Counted from the first letter of the stretch, positions 27,262-39,790 are shown. The stretch is 64,000 bases of DNA from Trichoplax adhaerens (GCF_000150275.1 NW_002060945.1:3123172-3187171), one strand, 5' to 3'. Notes: a model not told the origin generated them from the letters alone. Translations and numbers: made by a program.

Positions 27262-28329
27262 ATGAACACGAACCAGCTGATAGCAAACCCTGTTGACGAG
27301 CAAGAGCCATTACAAGAAGACATTAATCAAGAGGTAGACACTTCTTCTATTGTGATCATACCTTTCAGATTAGAAGCTACCATTAGACCAGCCGATCAGG
27401 TCAGAGGGTCTTTTTATGATCATTACTTAACACGTAAAATTACAAATCATGTAACTGCTACGATTATAGTCGAAGGCATGATAAGAACTCAACCAGAAGG
27501 ACAACCTGATCTACATCCAATACATATACTTAACAATTATCATCAACAGCTTTCTTATAATCTTGATAACCATGCAAATTGGCCCGAGTATATCTTAGAT
27601 GATGAGTTAGGTCAAGATCAATCATTTGGCTTGCTACTGATCCCAGGTATGGCTAGAAAGACAATAGAAAAGCTACCTAATCACTGTCAACTTCGCCAAG
27701 AATTAGAGTCGAGAGCAATCAGGAAAGCACGACTAAGAGGTCAACCAATTCTTGGTATTTGTGCGGGCAGCTGGCGTATTTGGGAGATTTTTGGTGAGCT
27801 TTATGTGGCTACACCAAATGGCTATGAGCTAAGAAGAACATTACAACTTCAAGACGTTCAGGATCATATGTATTATAGAATGACCTCTTTAAGTAGTCTA
27901 GGAGAGACTGTAGGTAATAATGAAATGGTTCATTATGTACTAATACAACAAGATTCTCTTCTAAGTTGTATTATGGACTTTCAGCTGGATGCTGAAGTGC
28001 AAAAAATTCCAGTGAATAGCGTACATTGGAAATCACCTGTAGATGCGGACCATCCAGTTTTAAGTGTTTCAGCAATATCTATAGGAAATTGTAATGCTAA
28101 ACATAGACATGGGGAAATGATGCAGCCAGAAGAAGAAATAGTCGAGGCTTTTGAATCTAAATATGGTGCTCCAGTGATAGGGATACAGTGGCACCCCGAA
28201 GCTTTTTACAACAATACAAATGTTGAATTTCATCCAAATAGCCAATTGAATGTACTAAAATTTATGACAAAAGCTGGTGATGCCTATCAAAGCAAGCGTG
28301 CCTTTTTAACAATGTTTTCAGGTTTTTAG
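27262..28329 (+). CDS. Class I glutamine amidotransferase-like protein, peptidase C26 / PuuD (gamma-glutamyl-GABA hydrolase) family; intronless
   Basis: 355-aa uninterrupted ORF with family motifs GLLLIPG, PILGICAG (nucleophile Cys), VNSVH, IVEAFE and IGIQWHPE (His-x-Glu). Confidence 0.9.
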   Translation: MNTNQLIANPVDEQEPLQEDINQEVDTSSIVIIPFRLEATIRPADQVRGSFYDHYLTRKITNHVTATIIVEGMIRTQPEGQPDLHPIHILNNYHQQLSYNLDNHANWPEYILDDELGQDQSFGLLLIPGMARKTIEKLPNHCQLRQELESRAIRKARLRGQPILGICAGSWRIWEIFGELYVATPNGYELRRTLQLQDVQDHMYYRMTSLSSLGETVGNNEMVHYVLIQQDSLLSCIMDFQLDAEVQKIPVNSVHWKSPVDADHPVLSVSAISIGNCNAKHRHGEMMQPEEEIVEAFESKYGAPVIGIQWHPEAFYNNTNVEFHPNSQLNVLKFMTKAGDAYQSKRAFLTMFSGF

Positions 28330-31300
28330 CAATAATTTGAAATGTCGTTGAAATTATTAATTGTTGAAAATAGATAAATAATTTTGCTTTATCCTACTAT
28401 TCGCAACAGATTTGGTTAAAAATTTACAACATACTACTTCGCTTGTATCAATTGTACCCTCGGTACTGAAAAGTTCTTGAAGCACTTGATTTATCTGAAG
28501 TCATGCGTCTTGAAAAATTGGAACCAAAGTCCTTATATAGTGGCATATATCGAGTGATAATAAATATAATCTACTTGTATTACAATTACGTTAAGGTATA
28601 AGAAGTTTTACATGTTTTGATCGAGATTATTTTACTAATGTTAAAATCTTCTCAGAGAGTGCTCCTACACAAGATGGTCTACACTTGATAATGAGAAGAG
28701 CAGTTGTTTTATACCTAAGCCTAGGAGATCTATATATTGCACATTGGTGTTTGAGATAGTCAAGGTCCATGTCTTAACCAGCTTACCCTTGAGTAATGAC
28801 AGCTGTTTATAAATAATTATAGGTTCTATCTGCCCAAAACCTTATGATAGCTAACTTCAGCATGGATAAGATAGCATGATCCTGGTAGGATGAATGATCA
28901 ACATTAAATTGCTAGAGGTGACTATCCACATTTAAACCATAACAACGGATATAAAGCCGATGAGTACCAACGCTGAAGTATTGCTGTCAATCATTTTATT
29001 ATATAGTAAAGGCAAAGGTAATCTTTGGATAAGAAGATTATTTACATATAACTATAAAAATTAGGAAGTAAAAATATCGTAAAAGATTGAAATATCTCCA
29101 ATCGCATTTGCTTCCTGGTACCATTCTTTGGTAGTATATTAGGGAGCCGATCTATAGCAATATTTAACAGCCGCTACTCCTGAGTTCTAATATAACACTA
29201 ATATCAACTAGGTACAACTGAAATCATGAATATTTTGTTGAACCGATTCTTAAAGATCTATTTAATACTTCAATACTAGAATATATTGTACTACACTGCA
29301 CACCAAAATCTATAATAACATAATTTTATACTTCATTTCACGATTTATGTTTGAATCGATCCAGAGTGTTCAAACGTTTATACGTTGCAGAAATGGTGTA
29401 ATTTCACTGTAATATTTATGTTTTTTAATGTATGATAAAATTTTATGCTAATTTTTTTCTGTCCTGCTATCTAATTTTGTTCCTACATTTCAGTTGATGT
29501 TATGATTTTTATAGAGGACAGCGTGAACCCAAATGCTTGATCTGGGTTCTAATTTAAGAATGCTGGTCTGTCTTAATTTTTAGTTTGTATACTGTATACC
29601 GTAGACTCACTCAGTTTTTTTGATAGTTAAATACTATATAACAGTCTATCATTTGTTGATGACCTTATATACTGTACACACTCGATATTAAATGAATACG
29701 ATGAAGCAAATAACATCAACTAGATCAACTTGCCACATGATTCATATTTTACGGTAGCGTGATGATATTTGTAGATGTTTGGTTGTAAAGAAGGATCGAT
29801 GTTTTGGAGTAGTAGTAGACTACAAACATATTTTATTTATTCAAAACAACTATTTAATGTATTGTAAACTGCAAATTTTAAGACTTTGCAACTGCTCCTA
29901 TAGCTTTGCCTAAGATTTTTTATTTTTACTGTAAGATATGAAAACATAAACAAAATGGTTGTATGGATATGCTGAAATCTTCCTCAATGCGATTATGGAA
30001 TCACAATTATGAGTTATTAAAAACTTCATAAATTCCTTTACATTACTGTCCAACCCTTTTCTTATATAAAGATGTAAAAACTGTCAATAAGGCGGTTACA
30101 TTTGCTTCAATTACAGTAATTCATTGATGGAAATACTAAATGTAAACAATTATACCACTATTTATCATAAAAATAGCCACTTAATCCAAATTCTTATTTC
30201 TACTCTACTTTCAAAACCTAGTATTGAACAATTTTATTGAATTTATCATCTGGAATAACCGCCCATGTAATAACAGATAAATGCGTACAGGCTATCTATA
30301 TTACAGCATTTTGGCATTAAATAATACAAAAACTTACGCATTCGTTTGAAGATGTGTACGTGTTCTAATAGTACTACTGTAGAATTATACAAGTACTACA
30401 ATTGAAATCTTGTACTCTCTAAATTATGTTTCGTAACTGCTGGTGAGGAAACACCACTAAAAAGAAATAGATCCGCTCAGTTCACTGTTCCTTTGTCACT
30501 TGCATCATTATTCTTGTACGTATCTGCAAAAGTGTGCTAACTCTGTGCCTGTACAATTTTTAGAAATAAATAGCTTGGGATTAATTATAGGGTTATCACG
30601 ATAGATTGTTAAGATACTTTATACATTTTTAGATTCTTTAGGAAGACTAAATGAAGAACTCGGACAATGTGATCATTTTACACTATGAAACAACGTGTAA
30701 CAGTATTAAAATTTCAAAAATAGCAATATTCGTCATATAATACGGATTAGTTCTATGCTTGAAAGCAATTGAACATTTTATTGTAGGAATTGTAGCCATG
30801 CAATAAAATTTTAAAAGATCACAGCATCAATACAAAGTACAAACGCATAGAAAACTGTATGTGAAATACTTGTTTACTGTTACAGTAATTATTTATTATA
30901 ACCTAACAAAAATTGAACCCACCAGAAACATTACATTAGGTAAATAAGACTAAAAAATAATATTTCAATGCTCAATTGCGTTCTGGACTTGACCAGACAC
31001 CATTCACTGCAACCCAGAGTACACAACCGACAATGTAGTTATTCAGATTATTTACTTTGCGTAGGGTATTTTAGGAAGCTTTGTAGGAGCATATGTTACA
31101 TCTCCTACAATTTATACGAACTCGCTGCCTTTTTTTCTATTCCATCCAATCATCCTACGGATATAATCATACAATCAAATCTTCCCAAGGCTCTGGCGTT
31201 AAAAAAACACGCACGCTAACTTATCAAATATATTTTTGCCAAGTTATTCTGTATTTCTGAATTCTGTAGGTATAAATTGCATTATACTCTGAACAATAAA

Positions 31301-31466
31301 GCTCATAATAAATAAGATACGAAGCTATAAGTTACATCACATGCTTATTGAATTTTCCATAAAAAATCTATGATTGCTCTAAAGACAGTAACTAGCTATT
31401 AATGAAAATGTTCTCTATATTAATTATAACATTTCCTTTTATCGATGTTAGAAGTGTTCTATTAAA

Positions 31467-33627
31467 ATGTCTAAAAAGGTGAAAACTGAAGATAAAGATT
31501 CTTATATCGATATTCTTGATGAAGAAAGTGCTTCAGTTCGTATTGATCATGCTAATCAGTGAGTATTATCACGTTATCCGTATGGTTATTTATCATACGA
31601 ATCGTAAACACTTTTAAATAGTTTAAAGCACTGAAAGGATAAGATCGACCGTACTTTATTTAATTTTTATATCGAATGAATTTTACTAACGTTAGTACTT
31701 TACAACAAAATAGTGACTGTCTGCATAAAACAGAGGAAATCATGGAGCACCCTATAACTCAATTAATTCTCATCCTACTGGTATTCATTGACTGTGGAAT
31801 TGTTATTGCAGAGTTGCTCATAGACAGAGATGCAATTCGAGGTATTCATTTCCAACATCTTTCATTTGTATTACTATCTTGAAAAATGCTATTTTAATCC
31901 AAGCTAAGTATTGCTAAATGAACAAAAATAACGATGTCATCGATTGAATTTTACCTGATAAACCTTATTTTGTCGTATCTATAGTTGAAGACGTCGAAGA
32001 TGTGAAGGAAGCTTTCCATTATACCAGCATAATGATATTAGGAATTTTCTTATTCGAAGTCAGTAAATCAATAATGTTTTTACATTATGCACCTTTTCAA
32101 ACATTATTCTATAGTCTACGATCACATTTCATTCGTCTTTAACTTTCTATTTAATATATCCATATTGCATGGCTAGGTAGCATTAAAAATATGTGTGGAA
32201 GGATTAGCGTTCTTTCTTCACTATATCGAAGTACTCGATGCCTTAGTTGTTATTATATCCTTTATTGTGGATATTATGTCGCTGTAAGTAAAGTAAAATA
32301 CTGTCACTAAATATCTATTAATTAATCTATCAATCAATCAGTTGTGCCAATAATTTACATATGATACTGAATTGTACACTACTATTATTATATCTAGAAT
32401 AGTCTCTTATTATTGTAGAATGACATGATTAATTTCGTTTCTTACCGTCAATTATCTTTTTAAGAGTACCTTACTTTTATAATCATGTATTTAATCTAAT
32501 TTGTTACGCAAGAGCTGCTGAAAATAAGCTTCGAGGCATCGGACTGCTTATAATTTTACGTCTGTGGCGTATTGCAAGAATCGTCAACGGTAGCTTAAAT
32601 AATTATAAAGAATATGCGTTTGCTACAAAAAAAGTTTCTCGTAATATGCATTTATTAGATTGCTTGTACCCTAATTGAGTCTGTATCTATTTTGAACTGG
32701 CTGTAGTTAGAGATTTAATATAATTTTGAGATGGTATCTAACTTTTAGGAATTATAGCATCCGTCAAAAAGCATATGCGTAAACGATTAGAAACAATAAC
32801 AGAGGATAGAAATCGGTGCAGAAGAAAATTAAATCGAGCTATTAAAGTAGCGCGTGCCAAAGTGGTAAGATTAGTAGGGTAATTCGAAACTCTGAGTGTT
32901 CGCTTAGTTTCTTCTTCCTAGTAAAGTCATATAATGTAACACAACATGTACGGCGTACGTTGAGCAAGAGACATGGTATTAAAATATTTATTTCTATACT
33001 CTTTCTTTAGTAATGTAATATAACGATTTTGATTTATAATTCTTATTAGGAGGAAATAAAATTACTAGAAGGTATACTAGAAAAAGAAGGTATCGAATAC
33101 CGTCAGATTGTAGCTAAAACAGAACAAGGAGATGGAGATCCTGCGGAAGTTAAATTAGTTATTGAAGAAGGTAAACCTTGAATAATTTATACGTAACTAG
33201 CAGACTAGCTACTCATTTGACATTTATATGATCTTAAAGTATATTGATTGAGCTGAATACTAAAAATTTATTTTAATCATCTATTCCAGATATTATTGAT
33301 GACAAAGATAATCTAGAAGAAGAGCACAAATCTATCGATGGAAAAGAAGAAAGCAAAAGCAATCAGGAAGAGAAAAGTAAATCTATCGATGAAAAAGAAG
33401 AAGGCAAAGGTAATCAGAATGAGGAAGGTAAATCTGTAGATCATAAAGAAGAAGATAAATCATTAGAAACTGGTCAAACAGAGAAGAGTGAGAAAGATGC
33501 TCAAGAAGGTGATAAACGAAGTAGTAGAGGAGATAGTGATGCTGCAAGTCACCATTCTGAGAGGAAGGCAGACGATGCTAAAGATAATAAGGAAGAAGTA
33601 GAACCCGAAGTACTTGTATATACATAA
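31467..33627 (+). CDS. HVCN1: Voltage-gated proton channel Hv1-like, paralogue C, with long charged C-terminal tail (8 coding exons)
   Basis: MSKKVKTEDK...(31467-31558); MEHPITQLILILLVFIDCGIVIAELLIDRDAIR (S1); VEDVEDVKEAFHYTSIMILGIFLFE (S2); VALKICVEGLAFFLHYIEVLDALVVIISFIVDIMSL (S3); LRGIGLLIILRLWRIARIVNGIIASVKK (S4); basic coiled coil; final exon about 33290-33627 rich in E/K/D, ending EPEVLVYT*. Confidence 0.93.
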
Positions 33628-35593
33628 ACAAGTGATGGCGATATATAGGGCGAATAATGTGTTGCAGCTCTCAATTACAACTTAGTACAATGAACTTATG
33701 AGATCATTTCTAAATTATCTGTTCTAAAATATTGTGCCTTCGATGGTATCTGCAGTGCTAATATTACAATTATCTTAGCGTAAGCCCTAATGAGTACGTC
33801 GAATGATATACGCCAATAATTTTATTTATTACAGATTTAGATTATATTACCAAAACTTGTAACATCTTCTGATAGTTAATCCATTTTTGATGTTTATAAA
33901 AAAATAAGATTTATGGGTTGGTAAACATGTATAAATTGCCGTGATAGAATGGTAACGATTCCTCGTGCAGTATATCCTGTACATTACAAAATACATTACA
34001 TGATGCATATGGATTACTAGAACAAGAAACGATTTTTTCTCGTAGATTATGGTACCGGTAACTAAGCATAGCATAAGCTGCATACGTATATCCACTACAA
34101 GTTGATTGTCAGCTAAATTGTTTACTCTTACTCGCAAGATTTGGATAGTACAACATGATTTGTGTATCGCAACAAGAGTATGCCGTATGCGCAGCCGATT
34201 CTACCAGGACTGCGGAAAGCTCAAATGGGGTAATAAAGTATAGATCCGTAATACCTAGAGACGGTAAATAATGTAGTACTTCACGAGTACAATATATGAT
34301 AAAAGCAATGATTTATATAACCATTTTTATAATTATAACTACTTAATATAAAAGGCTAAGTGCATAAATACGTATAATTTACGCGTATATCAAATGCATC
34401 CACTTTATCCGATTATACCATGACTTTGGAGGAGTTAACAGGTGGCGGTTACTGTAAACAATTAGATAGAAACACGGCACTAATGAATATACGCATGCAT
34501 ACAGTCAGAAAATGTCTCTGATATGCCATATAGCCTGAATAAATGATATACCAGTACAGTATATTTACCCAGTTTGTATATGAAAAGAAGTGAAGCTTAA
34601 CTACCGTATCTTGTCTAACCTGCATCTGACGACGGATAAAGAACAGAATACTGTTTTGAAAGTATTAAAAAGATATTCTATTACTAAATTGAAGGACTCT
34701 ACGTCAAAGATCCTTATTGCAGTCTTTTAGGAAAAGGAAGCATTAAAAAGGATCGTACGAACTATATTATGTAGAATAAAGTTTGTCGCATAGAATTGTA
34801 TATGTTGTATACATATACTCGTACGTATACAGTACAGTATAATAAGAACACACGTAAAGTATTGCAGATTTCTATTGCTGAATTTATAAATTCTGCTGTG
34901 AAAGCCTCTGCCATACCGCAGATTTTCTGGAAATAAGGAGGATTATCGAAGAAGATGGTACAAATGATGTAGAATATAATAGTTAAGTCATTAATACGGT
35001 ATAAATATGTATCTACTAGACCATAGCACCATCGATTTCTGTTGCCTAAAGAATTTCAATAGTACAATCAACCAGCGTATTCATAGAATATTACAGTTAA
35101 AATTGTCCATCATGTACATAAAAATAGTGTGCTAAGGCACTGCAGTACTTCTGAGACTAGATTATATCATCTACAGCCGTATACATTAAAGAATTTAACT
35201 AGATAGCCATTCCGTCGCCAATATACTGTACTAACATCGTTTTAATCCAAAGGGCAGCTGAGAGGGTCCGGCTGTCTGGTCTGATGCTCAAGAACTGTAA
35301 ACAAAGCCAAAACGATGGATCACCTGGTGCCCCCATACAATGTACTATGCATTGTCGCAAAACAGTAAACTTTAGTATACTGTATTAGTACTGTCAGCAT
35401 TTCTAGACGCCTCTGCAAGGTCCTTGAGCATGTTTTCCTGGGAGCTCAGCTCGCATGCAGCATTTAGCAATCACGGATTAATTATCGAGACTATCTAGCG
35501 AACTTGGCCTCCACGTTGCAATCCCATTAATCGTGGCCTGGTCCTTTCACTTTAGTAAAAGAATTCTATTTGATGTTTTGGTAGCTTTTCAGT

Positions 35594-38247
35594 ATGCCTG
35601 AAGGTCCAGAAGTACGTCTTGCAAGTGATTACATAAATCACATTTGTTGCAATGTGATCTTCTCAGGTCAAATTGTCAAGTCTGATGTTAGCAAGAATCC
35701 ATCCATTACATTTGCGGCACCTTTTTATACCATTACTGGTCAATCTCGTGGTAAAGAGTTGCTTTTGACATTGAAAGAAGCTGATGCTAACAATGGCAAT
35801 AGCGAGGAAATGAACCATCGTGTTAAGAAAGAATGTGATTCTAGATTGGAAATGAGGATTTTATTTGGATTTGGTATGTCGGGTTCGTTTTCTGTAACGG
35901 ATAGCGACAACATTCCTAAACATTCTCACCTGAGGTTTTATGCACATAACAAGTCATCGATGGTGTTAAACTTTGTCGATCCGCGTCGATTTGGTACCTG
36001 GAGAGTCACTAATAACTGGTCACCAAATCGTGGACCCGATGCAGCTTTTGAATACGAGCTATTTTGCAACAATATTGCAAGCCATTTAAATGCTTCTCTA
36101 TTCAATAAGCCAATATGTGAAGTTCTTCTTGACCAGAAATATTTTAACGGTATCGGTAATTACCTGAGAGCTGAAATCTTGTATAGGTAAATGCAAGCAA
36201 GTGCAGTGTTTCATTTCAAGAATGTATGTATGGTTAATAAGAACGATGTTGTATTATTCAGCGAAATAGTAGATAAATCCAGTCCGCGCTGGCTTTCAAC
36301 GTAATCTTTAGTGTGCAAGTTTACTACTATAGGACAATTATTAACAAAATTTGTTGTATGCTATATTCAGCCTGCTGTCTGAGGTAAAAGTAGCGATTGA
36401 GTTGATGTTATGATTTACAAGTTTATGGTCTCGATACAGTGATTAACAGTAAACGTTTAAAATACACCATTTGTCCGTAGCAGCTAAATTACAGAATTAC
36501 TTGAATCTGCTGCAATTATAAGAGGCAAATCGCGGTCTTGAGTATCCAGAAGATGACTGACATAAAATGCAAATAAATGATAAAAATTAATGATTCACTA
36601 TGCACTGTACTTTGCCTTAAAATATGTGTCATATTTAGTAAACTTGACTCTTTTTCTTCGATTTTTGTTTTATGTTTTGGCATAATGGTAATTCAATGAA
36701 TGCAATTGCATAACCAGAGCTGGTATCCCTCCGTTTACTATGGCAAGGAATGTATTTGATCCATCAACCTCACAATCAAAGAATAAATCTAAGAAGAATA
36801 ATTCTAAGGTATTTCTTAAATAGATTTCAGATTTTAATTCAATCTATAGCGTTTTATTTTGATTCAAAACTTGGCGATCTCGTTGACAAAGTGTACAGCA
36901 TTGTAAGTAAATTAGCAAAGCTATAAGTGCGATGCCATGTAGAAATATATTCTGATCATGTGTACGGATTTATAGCAAATGTGAGCTATTGACAGTCTCT
37001 TAATTCGGTGATTTATTACGTTATTGAAGAAATTGCAGGATTTTAAATTAGGTGCGGTATGCTTACGCTTAGATATGCTTCTGTAATGGTATGAGATATT
37101 TTCATTGGGGGTAATAATTTACTTTGATGTCTATTTAGCCAAAGCAGGAGACTAAAATGAGTAATGCCGTTAAAATCGAAGGAGGGATCGAAAACAATAA
37201 AGTATTGAGTCTTTGTCGCGACCTGCAATTAGAATTAATTGGATTAAGTATGTGACAAAATTATACCACTTTTTTATTTACTGTGCACTTTTCATAGGAG
37301 CCAGTGTATAATTTTTTATACTGCACAAATATATTCTTACAGTAGTTAACATTTAAAATACTTTTGATGCTATTATGCTGCTACTTCATACTGTAGTTCT
37401 TCTCTTTTTTCATTAATCATTCGTTTCACTAGTTAATATAATCTTTTGACATACGAATATAATATCAAGGTTGTTAATTTTGCGTGTCATTGCAACTGGT
37501 AACCGTATTTAGGGGCAGAATCATGGCATGGATCATTTGATGAGGAGGCCACTGCTAGATTTGGTTCTTGGTTGCAATGTTATTGTAAGCCTGAAATGAA
37601 AAATCTGGTAGACAATATTGGACGGACGATTTGGTTTCTAGTAAGTCTTGCATTTCCATGAAAGGGAGAATATAATCGCAGTCTATTCCAGTGCACAATA
37701 AAATTAACTTAACATTTAACTTTGAGATTGGAGAGCATGTATTTAACCATAGTTTGAATATTGCTATTTAGGGAAATCCGGGACCTTTAGCTCCTAAAAG
37801 TCGGTAGTGTCTGTATAATTTCTAATAGAATTAGTATTGTATATTTGTGTGCTAAGGTCGTTTGTCCCCTCATAGATAAAAAAAGTAGGATGACAGGCTC
37901 AAGAAAAAAGAAATCTGATGATGTTAAAGAAGACTTACCAAAGAATCAAGCTAAAGGAAAAAGTGAGAACGCTATGATATATATATGCTTGTTGTTATTG
38001 ATTGTTGTCGTATGAAGACTGGAAAGGATTCATTTTTATTAACGTAGGAGGCACTGATAAAAAGAGTGGTACTAAAGGTAAAAAGAAAGAGGACATCACA
38101 CCGATAAAAAAGCCTCGTAAGCGTATCAAGGTAGAAGATCCCGACTTTCAGGAATCTTCCAAAAATTCTGAGCCAAAAGGTATTAGTAAGGGAAGTACGA
38201 GAGTACTGAGATCGAGAAAGAATAGCAGTAAAAAGGGAAATACCTAA
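35594..38247 (+). CDS. NEIL1: Endonuclease VIII-like 1 DNA glycosylase (7 coding exons)
   Basis: N-terminal MPEGPE catalytic motif; FGMSG; DPRRFG; H2TH LLDQKYFNGIGNYLRAEILYR|AGIPPF; VLSLCRDLQLELIGL; zincless finger WLQCYCKPEMKNLVDNIGRTIWFLGNPGPLAPK; basic tail ending at 38247. Confidence 0.96.
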
Positions 38248-39234
38248 ACAGACGAGTAATCATTTTTGGTAATTTGACCTCTTCAATCTATCTTCAAAAA
38301 TACATTATTACAGGGTATGTAGAATGTTTGTCATTGTTAGCCACTCACAATTGTAGCGATAGATACAGTTTTACGACAAAGCTTCTAATCTAAAATTTGC
38401 ACGTATTAGTTAAAAATCTGGTATCACTATGATTTTATTCTGAGATTGGAAAGAGTTACAATGGTATATTATTAAGTATTGTTTTATAACATTTGATATA
38501 AATGAAAGAAATATTAAAGGCACATAAAGAATAGTAAAATAGCGATGTGCAGTATGCCTACTACTATTGTACATCTCGAAACACTGTAAATTTAAAAATT
38601 TTCGATGGAAATAACGTTAATTCAATTATAATTTCAAATTATGATTACAGTTTAATTACTGTTGAGATATTAAGAATTTTGGTTTTATTGAGAATGCACT
38701 TTAACCTATTTTATATGCTGTACCATAAAAATGTATCTTCGATACGTATTATATGCAGGTACAGCTAGTTGCACTAATAAAATGCATGAATTTGATATCT
38801 GATTTTTTCGTTAAATAGTGTGTAAAAACAAAAGCACTTTAACTGATAGTGACTATAGAATTCCGAATGAGCAGTTTCTTTTTCATTTATTTCAATCCCC
38901 TACACTGAATGAATGAAACATGCAGCATTTACAATAGCTCTTTACTATTTTGTAGACTGCACAATGATCAATATTATAGCAGTATTTCTATTTATTTTCT
39001 GCTATAATCTTGTAACATTTCTGACTGCTCAGTTCATGACCCACTACGGTATAAAGTTAAATTACAGTATTCTTATTATTAATTTATAGCGACTATAATT
39101 TGTAAAACTATAAAACACAAGTTGGCTTGTTCAATTGGCCTTTATTAGTGCTAGTAAAACCTACTTTCGTTATACTTTACTTCACGTACTGTACGCGTTG
39201 GTACTTGTACTTTTTGCTTTCATTAATAATGTCG

Positions 39235-39790
39235 ATTGGAAGTTGGTCAATACACAGGACAACTATCTTACCATGTTAGTAAGATGCTAGTATCCAATTG
39301 CCATTAATGGAATAAAATATGCCGAAATTCTCTATTTTAGTGAATTATTTCATTTATCACTAGTTGCTACTTAGCACTAGCAGCATAAGGATAGGTAAAA
39401 ATGTAGTCATGACTAGGGTAGCTGGAGTATTCCAAATAAATTTTTCTCCTCAATTTCCGCTAACAGTCCCAGGTAAATTTTTCCAGATGTACTTTCAGCC
39501 AAATCTGATAAAGTCTATGAGTATTTAAATTTCCTGAAAATAAACTGACTTATTAGCATTTACTATCTGTCGGTTGAAAGTAGGTCAATAAAGAGAGCAA
39601 CTATCTTAGGAAGATGGTAGCAATTAGTATCCGATTGGTATTCATGCCGGAATTGCCTTTAATGAATTACCTAACTTATTATTAGTCACTACTCAGCACT
39701 ACTAGTGTAAGGATATGTAGAAGATATTATAGTCACCACAATAGTTCATTTTTTTGCAATATTTCATATAAACTTTTCTTCTCCATCTAT
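39235..39790. repeat. Old degenerate ~340-bp duplication containing one diverged copy of the 41-42 kb satellite unit
   Basis: AAGT(T/A)GGTCAATA...CAACTATCTTA...TAGTATCCRATTG at about 39240 and 39578; TTTCAGCCAAATCTGATA..TATGAG..CTGAAAATAAACTGACTTATTAGCAT at about 39493. Confidence 0.6.
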
